From Nostoc punctiforme PCC 73102 (GTDB lineage: Bacteria; Cyanobacteriota; Cyanobacteriia; Cyanobacteriales; Nostocaceae), in assembly GCF_000020025.1 (NCBI RefSeq), contig NC_010628.1, positions 1,410,001-1,442,000 on the forward strand: a stretch of 32,000 bases of DNA, given 5' to 3'. Below, one piece after another: positions 9,018 to 17,383 of this stretch. The notes under the pieces were generated by a model, which worked only from the letters and a program-made list of their open reading frames with translations, did not search any database and had not been told where the DNA came from. The number at the start of each line of letters is the position of its first letter. Positions within the stretch are counted from its first letter, which is position 1. A program made the translations under genes and the position numbers.

Positions 9018-10184
9018 TTACTTAACCTCGGCTGTTGCGGCTTGACGTGCTGCTTGCATGGCTTGAACAAATTGCTCAAACAAGTAATCGGCATCGTGTG
9101 GGCCAGGACTGGCTTCTGGGTGATACTGTACAGAGAATACAGGTAGAGATTTGTGACGTACCCCGGCAATGGTGCGATCGTTTAAGTTTAGATGGCTGAT
9201 TTCCACAACTGCCGTAGGTAAAGAATCTGGATCAATAGCAAAACTATGGTTTTGGCTGGTAATTTCTACCCGTTGTTGTAAACCCGCAGGCTGATTTAAA
9301 CCACGATGACCAAATTTTAATTTATAGGTTTCTGCACCTAATGCATGACCTAAAATTTGATGCCCCATACAAATACCAAAAATGGGTTTTTGACTTAACA
9401 AAAGCGCTTTGGCAGTTGCAATCCCTCCAGTGACGGCAGCTGGGTCGCCCGGCCCATTAGAAAGAAACACACCATCTGGATTGTAATTGAGGATTTCTTC
9501 TGGTGGCGTATCAGCAGGCACAACAATTACCCGACAACCGTAACTTACTAAGCGACGCAAAATGTTGCGTTTTACGCCAAAGTCAAGGGCGACAACGGTA
9601 AAGGCTTCTCCAAGATTTTCCGCAGCCTCACAGTTGAATTCCCAAGCTGGAATTGTGGGATCTGACCATTCATAAGCCGTTGATGTGGTGACTTCGCGAA
9701 CCAGATTCAATCCCGCCATGTTGGGAGCCGCCTGTACCTGTTCTAGCAATTCCGCCTCATCGAGAATAGTTGTGGAAATGCCACCGTTCATGGCTCCAAA
9801 CATCCGAATTTTGCGGGTGAGGGCGCGGGTATCTATGCCGTAGATCCCTGGTACTTGGTTTTGTTTCAGGTAGTCTGGTAAGGATTGTGTCGATCGCCAG
9901 TTACTTGGTCGTTGACAAATATTTCGGGCGATCGCACCCCGCACTTGAGGGCCATCTGATTCCTCATCTTCAAGATTAATACCAGTATTGCCTAATTCAG
10001 GATAGGTAAAAATGACAATCTGACCACAGTAACTAGGGTCAGTCAGTACTTCTTGATATCCGGTCATGCCAGTGTTGAACACCACTTCTCCGATCGCGGT
10101 TCCTGTAGCACCGAAAGACCAACCGCGATAAGTGGTTCCATCTGCCAGGACAAGTAAAGCAGGTATTGCGTCAGTCAGGGGCAT
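9018..10184 (-). CDS. carA: carbamoyl-phosphate synthase small (glutamine amidotransferase) subunit
   Basis: 388 aa. N-terminal [16 protein letters not shown] and [18 protein letters not shown]. GATase triad region GICMGHQ and [13 protein letters not shown]. Confidence 0.95.
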   Translation of the reverse strand: MPLTDAIPALLVLADGTTYRGWSFGATGTAIGEVVFNTGMTGYQEVLTDPSYCGQIVIFTYPELGNTGINLEDEESDGPQVRGAIARNICQRPSNWRSTQSLPDYLKQNQVPGIYGIDTRALTRKIRMFGAMNGGISTTILDEAELLEQVQAAPNMAGLNLVREVTTSTAYEWSDPTIPAWEFNCEAAENLGEAFTVVALDFGVKRNILRRLVSYGCRVIVVPADTPPEEILNYNPDGVFLSNGPGDPAAVTGGIATAKALLLSQKPIFGICMGHQILGHALGAETYKLKFGHRGLNQPAGLQQRVEITSQNHSFAIDPDSLPTAVVEISHLNLNDRTIAGVRHKSLPVFSVQYHPEASPGPHDADYLFEQFVQAMQAARQAATAEVK

Positions 10185-10193
10185 AGTAAGTTG

Positions 10194-10249
10194 GGGAATT
10201 GGGAATTGGGAATTGGGAATTGGGAATTGGGAATTGGGGATTGGGAAAA
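10194..10249. repeat. heptamer array GGGAATT x6 plus 2 degenerate copies
   Basis: Read directly, starting 10 nt upstream of the carA start codon. AGTCTCC/CCCCAGT-type repeats follow to about 10296. Confidence 0.9.
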
Positions 10250-10381
10250 CTTTTCCCCACCTAGTCCCCAGTCTCTAGTCTCCAGTCTCCAATACTGCGA
10301 TTGTTAATTATCCCATGAGTTGGGCAGTTGGGAGTTTTTAGGATCGTTAATTAAAATTAAAAGGGAATTAAACTAGCGGCA

Positions 10382-11458
10382 GTGGATTTGGCAAAGCTTG
10401 GGCAGTTAAAATTAATTATGCTTCAGTCTTTTTTATCCCGTGCAACCCTAATTTTTTTATCAAGCGCTCTAGCGGTTTTGTGTGTTGCCTGTAGTGAAGA
10501 CAAACAAAACACTGCGACTGGTGGCAATGAGCAACCCGCGCCAATTGGGGATCTGGCATCAGCACAGCCTGCCGTCAAACCACGAACACCAGCTGTTACG
10601 CCAGAAGTACAGCCGCTAGAGCCGTCTGAAAGTGAACCCAGTATTTTTGAACAGGGGCTAGACAAAGCGGTTGGCGCTTGGAGTATCAGCCGTTCTGCTC
10701 AATCTCCAGGTGATTGGATTTTGGTGGCGAATCAGTACCAGGATGCGATCGCGCTGATGCAAAGAGTCCGGCGAAAAAGCCCAGAATTTGCGATCGCTCA
10801 AACCAAAATTACTGAATATCGCCGCCAAATTAAATATGCCCAACAACAAGCTACTCCTCGCCCTGTGCGTCTTGCCGAACCAAAGAGAATAGTGGTTGTG
10901 GTGCCCCAAACAACAATTACACCAAAGTATACCTCGCCTCCACAAGAAACAAAACCGTTACCAATAGAGCCAGGTTTGCCCTCATCAGCAGTGGTGATTC
11001 CAGATCAGGAAGTATTTACAGCGCCGATTAAAAGGCGAATTGGTGGAACGCCAATTGTGGAAGTCACTTTCAATGGCCAACGAGAATTTGAGATGATTGT
11101 GGATACGGGAGCCAGTGGCACTGTCATCACCCAACAGATGGCCAATGCTTTGGGAATCGTGACAGTAGGGAGAGCTAAAGCAAATACCGCTAGTTCTAGA
11201 GCTGTAGAATTTCCTGTGGGCTATGTTAATTCGATGGCCGTTGGTGGGGTAATAGTGAATAGAATCCCAGTAGCGATCGCAGGTGCGGAACTAGAAACTG
11301 GACTTTTAGGGCATGACTTTTTTGGCAACTACGATGTCACCATCAAACGTAATGTAATAGAATTTCGCCCGCAATCGCGATCGCAAATTAATTCCCCAGA
11401 AACTCAACTAACTGCTCCAACTTCGTCCAAGCTGCCCCGCTTTGTAGGATATCCTTAG
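10382..11458 (+). CDS. retropepsin-like (clan AA) aspartic protease with N-terminal signal/lipoprotein-like anchor
   Basis: Active-site motif [13 protein letters not shown] and LLGHDFF near the C-terminus. Hydrophobic N-terminus [19 protein letters not shown] at 10418 is a more likely start than GTG 10382. Confidence 0.75.
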   Translation: MDLAKLGQLKLIMLQSFLSRATLIFLSSALAVLCVACSEDKQNTATGGNEQPAPIGDLASAQPAVKPRTPAVTPEVQPLEPSESEPSIFEQGLDKAVGAWSISRSAQSPGDWILVANQYQDAIALMQRVRRKSPEFAIAQTKITEYRRQIKYAQQQATPRPVRLAEPKRIVVVVPQTTITPKYTSPPQETKPLPIEPGLPSSAVVIPDQEVFTAPIKRRIGGTPIVEVTFNGQREFEMIVDTGASGTVITQQMANALGIVTVGRAKANTASSRAVEFPVGYVNSMAVGGVIVNRIPVAIAGAELETGLLGHDFFGNYDVTIKRNVIEFRPQSRSQINSPETQLTAPTSSKLPRFVGYP

Positions 11459-12476
11459 CGATTTTAATCCCTTGGGCGTGATCCAGCAGTGCGATCGTAC
11501 CTGCTACTTGCAACGCCAACGACGCATTCAACGCAACAGCATCTTGTTGCGCCTGAGTTCCCTTACCTTGGAGTACCGCCTTGAGAATTACTGCATTCTC
11601 TTGGACATCTCCACCCCGAAGCATACCTATGGGAGCAGGTGTTAGATCCAAATCTAGGGGATTAATGGTAGTTACCTGTACTTCTCCATCTGATAAAACC
11701 GCTAAGTCAGTTTCATCTCCTAACCCAGCCTCATCAAGTTTTTCTCGCCCATGCAAAACAATCGCCTTTTCCTTGCCCAAATTGTTTAATGCTTGGGCAA
11801 CAGTCGCCAAAAGTTTGGGAGTAAATAGCCCCACAACTTGCCCACTAGGACGCAAAGGATTTACTAACGGCCCCAGTAAATTAAACACCGTTCTTACCCT
11901 AAGAGTCCGCCGCAATTGGGCAACTGCTTTAAGTGCTGGATGCCAACCAGGTGCAAACAAAAAAGTGATCCCCACCTCTTGTAATGCGGCTTGCACCTTG
12001 TCACTGGATGCGCTTAAGTTTACACCCAAGGCTTCCAATACATCTGCGCTCCCCGTGAGACTTGAAGCTGAACGATTACCGTGTTTAGCAACTGGTACGC
12101 CAGATGCAGCCGCAACAAAAGCAACGGCTGTGGAAATATTAAAGGTTGATGAACCATCTCCACCCGTGCCACAGGTATCTATTACAGTGCTGAGTGCTGT
12201 TGATAGCGGGGCGTTTAGCCCGTGCTGAGTGCTAAGTGGGGAAGATTGGGATTGTAATACTTCAGCCATACCAGTCAACTCATCGGCAGAAATGCCTCTA
12301 AAGTTCAGCGCTGTTAAAATAGCCCCTGATAACTCTGGGGGAACCGCTTCACTAAGCCAACCTTGCATCAATTCAGCAGCTTGAGTACGGGATAAGGATT
12401 GGCCATCTATTAATTGTTGCAGCAGCATATACCAGCTAGCAGAGGCTTCTTGAGCAGAGATTGGAAAAGTTGTCAT
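11388..12476 (-). CDS. trpD: anthranilate phosphoribosyltransferase
   Basis: 362 aa. Motifs: [29 protein letters not shown], and NLLGPLVNP in [13 protein letters not shown]. Confidence 0.93.
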   Translation of the reverse strand: MTTFPISAQEASASWYMLLQQLIDGQSLSRTQAAELMQGWLSEAVPPELSGAILTALNFRGISADELTGMAEVLQSQSSPLSTQHGLNAPLSTALSTVIDTCGTGGDGSSTFNISTAVAFVAAASGVPVAKHGNRSASSLTGSADVLEALGVNLSASSDKVQAALQEVGITFLFAPGWHPALKAVAQLRRTLRVRTVFNLLGPLVNPLRPSGQVVGLFTPKLLATVAQALNNLGKEKAIVLHGREKLDEAGLGDETDLAVLSDGEVQVTTINPLDLDLTPAPIGMLRGGDVQENAVILKAVLQGKGTQAQQDAVALNASLALQVAGTIALLDHAQGIKIAKDILQSGAAWTKLEQLVEFLGN

Positions 12477-12583
12477 AGCTAAGGTTTCTGGTTTGGTAGG
12501 GTGTAGCTAGGTTGAAGGGTATGGGAGCTATCCTACCGGAAAATTGACCGCTATTAAAATTAGGTTGAAATATCAAGGCTCAA

Positions 12584-13450
12584 CTACAAAGCTGGATTAA
12601 CAAGCTTCTGATTTTTTGCTTTTTTATCCAAATAAAGTTTAATTTCGTAGTTAGTAATGAATAGCTCTTTTCCTTTCGCTGCAACACTCTGCTTATAGTT
12701 ATTCATGCCATACTGCAATTCCCATGCTGAGATATTAGCCCATTGAAAATTTTCTCGAATTTGCGATGAGTCGTCGTAGGTAATTAACCAGCGATGATGA
12801 CATTGTTGCAAAAGTTCAGCAAATCTCTTATGTTCAAAAAACGTGTGTAAGTCACCATCTTTACCATATAACTTTGATTTTGTTGCACTAAAATATGGTG
12901 GATCTAAAAATAAAAATATATTTTCTCCTGGTGATTTTAATAGGTGACTGTAATCGAGATTAGTAATTTGGACATTTTCTGATAAGATACCTTCTAATTT
13001 TTCTAATCGGTCTATCGAAGAATTAGTAAATCTTTTATGAAAAGCTTCTTGAGAAAAGCCACCTGATTCTACAGTTCCTGAAAAAGTAATTCTATTAAGG
13101 ACGAAAAAACGAACTGCTCTTTCTAAATCAGATAAACTATTGACATCTACACTAGCTAATTCTGTAAAGAGTAATTTACCATCTCTATATTTAACTTTAA
13201 TATGCCGAATTTCTTGAACTAAGTGAGCCAGATCGCATTGGGCAAACTTCCAAAATAAAAATAGTTCGCGGTTTAAATCGTTAATCCAAATCTTGATATG
13301 CGGAAATTTTTGTCTTAAATAAATAAATACAGAACCACCACCTACAAAAGGCTCTCGAAATTCTGAAAAATTATCTGGCAAGTATTCAGCTATTTGATTT
13401 ATTGCTTTTGATTTACCACCAGGATACCGCAGAGGACTTTTGATAATCAT
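12584..13450 (-). CDS. Dam-family (D12 class) N6-adenine DNA methyltransferase
   Basis: 288 aa. N-terminal LRYPGGKSK, SAM motif EPFVGGGSVF and catalytic DPPY in FLFLDPPYF. Confidence 0.88.
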   Translation of the reverse strand: MIIKSPLRYPGGKSKAINQIAEYLPDNFSEFREPFVGGGSVFIYLRQKFPHIKIWINDLNRELFLFWKFAQCDLAHLVQEIRHIKVKYRDGKLLFTELASVDVNSLSDLERAVRFFVLNRITFSGTVESGGFSQEAFHKRFTNSSIDRLEKLEGILSENVQITNLDYSHLLKSPGENIFLFLDPPYFSATKSKLYGKDGDLHTFFEHKRFAELLQQCHHRWLITYDDSSQIRENFQWANISAWELQYGMNNYKQSVAAKGKELFITNYEIKLYLDKKAKNQKLVNPAL

Positions 13451-13472
13451 TCATTATAAGGACATATTCAAA

Positions 13473-14222
13473 CTATTTCACAGGTGATACTTGTTTAGTG
13501 TTTTTATCAACTATAGTTTCTGGAAAACCATCCCAAGTTCTTCCATCAATTTCTCTACCATATTTTTTCTTTTGAATGCCTCCCCATTGTTTAAAGAAAA
13601 ATGGCACATTAGCTTGTATACACTGCTCTCTAATATCTCTTACCCATTCAATGTTCATAGGACGAGCACCTACACCAGATTCTCCACCAACAATAATCCA
13701 ATGTAGCTCATCTAAAGAAAGTGTTAAAGAACCTAAAAGAGGCTCACAAGATAAAAACCTAATTTTTGCAGGAATCTCTTTTAAAATTTCACTTCTCCAC
13801 ACCCAAGCCTGAGATTCGATACTTACTCCAGCCCAAATATTACTAGGCCATTTCTTTATGGAATTAGCTATTTTAAGCATTCTTTGTGGACGCTTAGTTA
13901 ATACCTGAAACTGATGCCAACTAGCTTCTTCCATTACATTAAATACATCTTTGATAAATTCTTCTGAAATATCATCAAGGAATAAATCACTCATGGAATT
14001 AACAAAAATTAGGCGAGGTTTCTTCCATGAAAGAGGCATTTTAAGTCTTTCATGCCAAGTTTTTACATCAAAACCTTGTTCGTAGGGATGACCAGCAACA
14101 CCTCGCCACCGCTCTGCAAAACGTTCTGCATAACAATTTTTACAACCAGGACTAATTTTATGGCAGCCAGTGGTAGGATTCCATGTAGCTTCTGTCCATT
14201 CTATTGTTGAAGATACTGACAT
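13473..14222 (-). CDS. DUF5131 / phage Gp37-Gp68 family three-Cys-motif protein
   Basis: 249 aa. N-terminal IEWTEATWNPTTGCHKISPGCKNCYAE contains C-x6-C-x2-C and matches my recollection of PF07505. Confidence 0.75.
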   Translation of the reverse strand: MSVSSTIEWTEATWNPTTGCHKISPGCKNCYAERFAERWRGVAGHPYEQGFDVKTWHERLKMPLSWKKPRLIFVNSMSDLFLDDISEEFIKDVFNVMEEASWHQFQVLTKRPQRMLKIANSIKKWPSNIWAGVSIESQAWVWRSEILKEIPAKIRFLSCEPLLGSLTLSLDELHWIIVGGESGVGARPMNIEWVRDIREQCIQANVPFFFKQWGGIQKKKYGREIDGRTWDGFPETIVDKNTKQVSPVK

Positions 14223-14265
14223 AGAATTTTACTCCCCAACTGAAACTAGGTTCACTATATTAGTA

Positions 14266-15561
14266 TTATTGTACTGCTCTAACGTAATTATCCAAAGTTA
14301 AATTGCCTCTTGCGCCCAATTCTTTAGCTTCTATAATATTTTTTTTGTGAAAATCCAGTAAAATCTCTCTATACTTAGGTCTACTTAAATAACCTAGTTT
14401 GCCAATTTCAAGAATAATAAGACTTATTACGTCTTTCAAAGTTATCCAATCTTGATTATTTCTTCGTAAAATCTCAATAATTTCAGGTCTAATTGTTTCA
14501 ATTCGCTCATCATTTTGACGCTCCCATGATTGAGTCAGAAATTTATGATTTTTTCCAGTTTTATCATCTTCAAAGAAAAGCAACTTATTTTCTTCACAAA
14601 AAAATTCGTTTAAAAACTCACCAAAAGCTTTCTGCGGATGGTTACTACCAACTACAATATTGTACTGAGGTCTAGAATCATTGTATGTTTCCTTAATTTC
14701 AAAAATAGCCACTCCTTTAAAGGTACTTTCTTTTTGAAGCCTAGACTTAAAATATTCAAGCGCCCACCTTTCAAATTTTTGTTTTTGTTCTTGATCTTGG
14801 CATTCTAGCCACTTGGGTTTCCAGTCTAAATCAGAGCTATGTCCTAATAAGTTAGTTAAATTTTGTGTGTATGTTTCGGCAGTTTTCTGGTCTTTAGAAT
14901 TTTTATAGCTTGTTTTATATAAACCTGCATGGCGAGCTACTGCGCGGTTATGAAATAGTAAAAATAATTCTCCTTTATATTTACTAACGTAATTGGCAAT
15001 AGAACATATTTGCTCAAAAGTTACTCCCTTAACTCCAAACGCATCCAGAAAAAATAACGTTGGGTATTTGTCCAATTCATTCATTATTTGAGTGAATGCT
15101 TTATCAAATCTTTGAGGTTCATAAACTTTATAGGACAATCCTTCACTTATTAAATTACAGTTACTTTTGAGTTCTTGGTTAAGGTCTTTCTTTTCCTCGG
15201 TAAAAAAACATCTTAAGGTAACACGTTCTTCAAAACTAAATATCTTAGCACATTTAAGAGCTATCAAAGGCGAACCGTCTGTATCCAAAAATTCGGTTTT
15301 GTATCTCTGCCAAAACTTCGATTGATCTACAAAATTTTCAATACCAATCCCTTCATCGTATTTGCCTGCTCCTGCAAAACCATCAACATAGTTAATATAC
15401 ATAGATTGATAGGATTTGCTACCGCCCAAATTATAGCAATAAGCCTGTATATATTTCAGCATTATCCGATGTTTGGCTGCTGACCAAGGTCTTTTACGAG
15501 CAAAAAATTTATTTGAATCTTCTGGTTGTTGATCAAATAGAGATAATTGTTTTACTGACAT
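14266..15561 (-). CDS. tcmP: TcmP-like (three-Cys-motif partner) protein with methyltransferase-like Rossmann motifs
   Basis: 431 aa. Motifs: WSAAKHRIMLKYIQAY, VDGFAGAGKY (motif-I-like FxGxG) and FFLDAFGVKG (Trm1-like LDPFG). It lies immediately upstream of the DUF5131 gene. The family assignment is from memory of TIGR04474. Confidence 0.55.
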   Translation of the reverse strand: MSVKQLSLFDQQPEDSNKFFARKRPWSAAKHRIMLKYIQAYCYNLGGSKSYQSMYINYVDGFAGAGKYDEGIGIENFVDQSKFWQRYKTEFLDTDGSPLIALKCAKIFSFEERVTLRCFFTEEKKDLNQELKSNCNLISEGLSYKVYEPQRFDKAFTQIMNELDKYPTLFFLDAFGVKGVTFEQICSIANYVSKYKGELFLLFHNRAVARHAGLYKTSYKNSKDQKTAETYTQNLTNLLGHSSDLDWKPKWLECQDQEQKQKFERWALEYFKSRLQKESTFKGVAIFEIKETYNDSRPQYNIVVGSNHPQKAFGEFLNEFFCEENKLLFFEDDKTGKNHKFLTQSWERQNDERIETIRPEIIEILRRNNQDWITLKDVISLIILEIGKLGYLSRPKYREILLDFHKKNIIEAKELGARGNLTLDNYVRAVQ

Positions 15562-15854
15562 TGCTGAACCTTCGGAAATAACAAAATATCTGATAGCTTT
15601 GCACTAGGTTAGCAAATACAGGCAAAGCTCGTAAAAATTGCAACAACTCTCCAAAATTTATCGTACCTAGCTGTTTGGCGCGTAGGTTTCTGCTGTAAGC
15701 GATCGCAAACCTATTACCATAAAACTACGCTTCCGTAATATATACTCACTAACTAATTTTTACCTTGATTTTATGTTGCAATCTCGTAAAAATCTGTTAC
15801 ATTACTTTACAGGTAGTTATAACTGTTACAACATAAAAGCTCGGAGTATTATTT

Positions 15855-16034
15855 ATGGCAGACGTTAAGAAGACTACGGGTTCAGTTCCAGAAGATCCTA
15901 ATGCTTTGCGCTGGGGCTTCACTCCTCAGAGCGAAAACTGGAACGGTCGTTTTGCAATGATTGGTTTTTTATCTGCTGTTGCGCTTGAAGTGTTTTCTGG
16001 TCAAGGGATTTTACACTTCTGGGGCATTCTATAG
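15855..16034 (+). CDS. hli: high-light-inducible protein (HLIP/Scp, one-helix CAB family); 59 aa, absent from the ORF track
   Basis: Hand translation: [59 protein letters not shown]. It contains the chlorophyll-binding motif [12 protein letters not shown]. Confidence 0.85.
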   Translation: MADVKKTTGSVPEDPNALRWGFTPQSENWNGRFAMIGFLSAVALEVFSGQGILHFWGIL

Positions 16035-16074
16035 ATTTCAACGTTTTTACACCTTCATTAGATGATTAGGCAAG

Positions 16075-16107
16075 GCAGCGATATCTAAAATCGTCTGCTT
16101 TTCCTTT
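16075..16107 (+). terminator. candidate rho-independent terminator after hli (could act in both directions)
   Basis: Stem GCAGCGAT / ATCG(T)CTGC (8 bp with one bulge), a 7-nt loop, then TTTTCCTTT. It lies between the convergent hli stop and the stop of the 16122 gene. Confidence 0.45.
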
Positions 16108-16121
16108 ATCAGAAACTTCCC

Positions 16122-17213
16122 TTATCGTGATGAGCGAAATATTACCCGACCTGGGGATTCTTCCTGATTAATTCGCGCATATACTCGAAGACAAGTTAAG
16201 ACTTCGCCAGGAATACCACCACAATCTAGTTGTAAGTCATCCTTGGATGAAGCACAAATATCTGCATAAAGTCCCGATAATTGGCGGATTCGCACTTCAT
16301 TACCTGCATTAATAGCTTCGTCAGCGACTTTCTTCAGGATGCGTCGTGATTCATGTTGTAGCTTTCCCCACCAAGAATAACGTTCAGCCGGTGGTACGAA
16401 TACTAAAGAATGTATGGCTTCGTCCATGTCAATCCAAGCACGGAGAATTGACAGGGGATCAGTGTTTTTTTCAGCTTTTTGGGTGCGTTGGAAGCGATCA
16501 CTTAAAGCATCAATATATTGATCGCGCTGTTCTGCTTTGGAGTGTAAAGAAATGACATCGAAGCTAAAAACGCTCTTTAAAGCATGATGTAAATCGGGGT
16601 CTATTTCAATAAAATTCATATATAAAAATAGGAATGCTGCTGGTAAATCGGATACATTACCTTGGGAAATTTTAGAAGTTGAAAGTGCCTGTTGATACAA
16701 GGTTAATCCCTGAGTTTGAACAGTACCACTAAGGCCGGGGTAGATAATTTCGTCGCGGATAAAGGGAAGTTGATAGAGGTTAGAATTATCTGCGATCGCA
16801 CCAACTTCTTCAGCTAAGTCTAAAGTGCGCGATCGCCAAGTTGCAGCCAAATCTTCTGGTAATCGCAGCAGTTTGCGTTGAATCTCATTCCACAAATCTG
16901 AGTCCGTTGTGCTTTGCAGTTGGGAATTACCCAGATAATAATTAAGTTCTGAGTCAGAATCGAAAGCTTCCCGCAGGTGAATTAGTTTTAAATCATCTGG
17001 CGCATCTTCCCAACCACTATTTTGCTGTGGGGGTGCAGGCTGCAACAGGTTATGAATTTCTTGCAGCACCTCATCGCATATTTTAGATCCTGGATCTAGT
17101 GGAAATTCTGTGCGAGCCTGATTTAAAGTAGCCTCTAGTCCATACAAACTAAACCGCAGTAGTTGTGCTAACTGTGAGTTTTCTATCTCTAATAATTGAC
17201 GCAAGTGCTGCAT
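16122..17213 (-). CDS. hypothetical protein, third gene of the dynamin/Hsp70-like cluster
   Basis: ATG at 17213 lies 5 nt after GGAGGTGA, so I prefer it to the ORF-track TTG at 17228. No motifs recognised in 363 aa. Confidence 0.7.
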   Translation of the reverse strand: MQHLRQLLEIENSQLAQLLRFSLYGLEATLNQARTEFPLDPGSKICDEVLQEIHNLLQPAPPQQNSGWEDAPDDLKLIHLREAFDSDSELNYYLGNSQLQSTTDSDLWNEIQRKLLRLPEDLAATWRSRTLDLAEEVGAIADNSNLYQLPFIRDEIIYPGLSGTVQTQGLTLYQQALSTSKISQGNVSDLPAAFLFLYMNFIEIDPDLHHALKSVFSFDVISLHSKAEQRDQYIDALSDRFQRTQKAEKNTDPLSILRAWIDMDEAIHSLVFVPPAERYSWWGKLQHESRRILKKVADEAINAGNEVRIRQLSGLYADICASSKDDLQLDCGGIPGEVLTCLRVYARINQEESPGRVIFRSSR

Positions 17214-17264
17214 AAATCTCACCTCCAAATATTACTTGTATGTGATTCGTAGTGAATTAAACTT

Positions 17265-17344
17265 GCGTTCCTCTGCGCCCCTTAGCGTTTACTCCGCGCC
17301 CCTCTGCGTTTAAAAATCTTAATTTTTTCAATGCAGAGGAACGC
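17265..17344. repeat. MITE-like element bounded by a perfect 12-bp inverted repeat GCGTTCCTCTGC / GCAGAGGAACGC
   Basis: The arms are at 17265-17276 and 17333-17344. AGCGTCTCGTAGAGAAG follows at 17353-17369. Related copies lie at 20445-20456 and 28191-28200. Confidence 0.7.
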
Positions 17345-17383
17345 ATTCGCAAAGCGTCTCGTAGAGAAGGTTTAATACAAGAG

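Noticed and set aside
10194-10249. Possible CRISPR arrays: the heptamer arrays at 5800 and 10194 and the GCCCTAA motif series at 31213-31891.
   Set aside because: The heptamers have no spacers. The GCCCTAA copies are imperfect and irregularly spaced (gaps of about 450, 40 and 160 nt). No cas genes are present.
11581-12228. 215-aa plus-strand ORF inside trpD. Similar long antisense or nested ORFs occur at 6899-7396, 7065-7340, 22323-22706, 22959-23315, 28768-29160, 25718-26047, 10658-10945 and 19953-20324.
   Set aside because: Each lies entirely within a strongly supported gene on the opposite strand. They have low-complexity or Ser/Pro/Arg-rich translations typical of shadow frames, and no motifs.
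12482-15692. 9-bp direct repeat AGGTTTCTG at 12482-12490 and 15684-15692, flanking the AT-rich cassette, as a possible att site or TSD.
   Set aside because: A 9-mer match between two flanks of 100-300 nt is expected by chance at roughly the 10% level. There is no integrase or other supporting structure.
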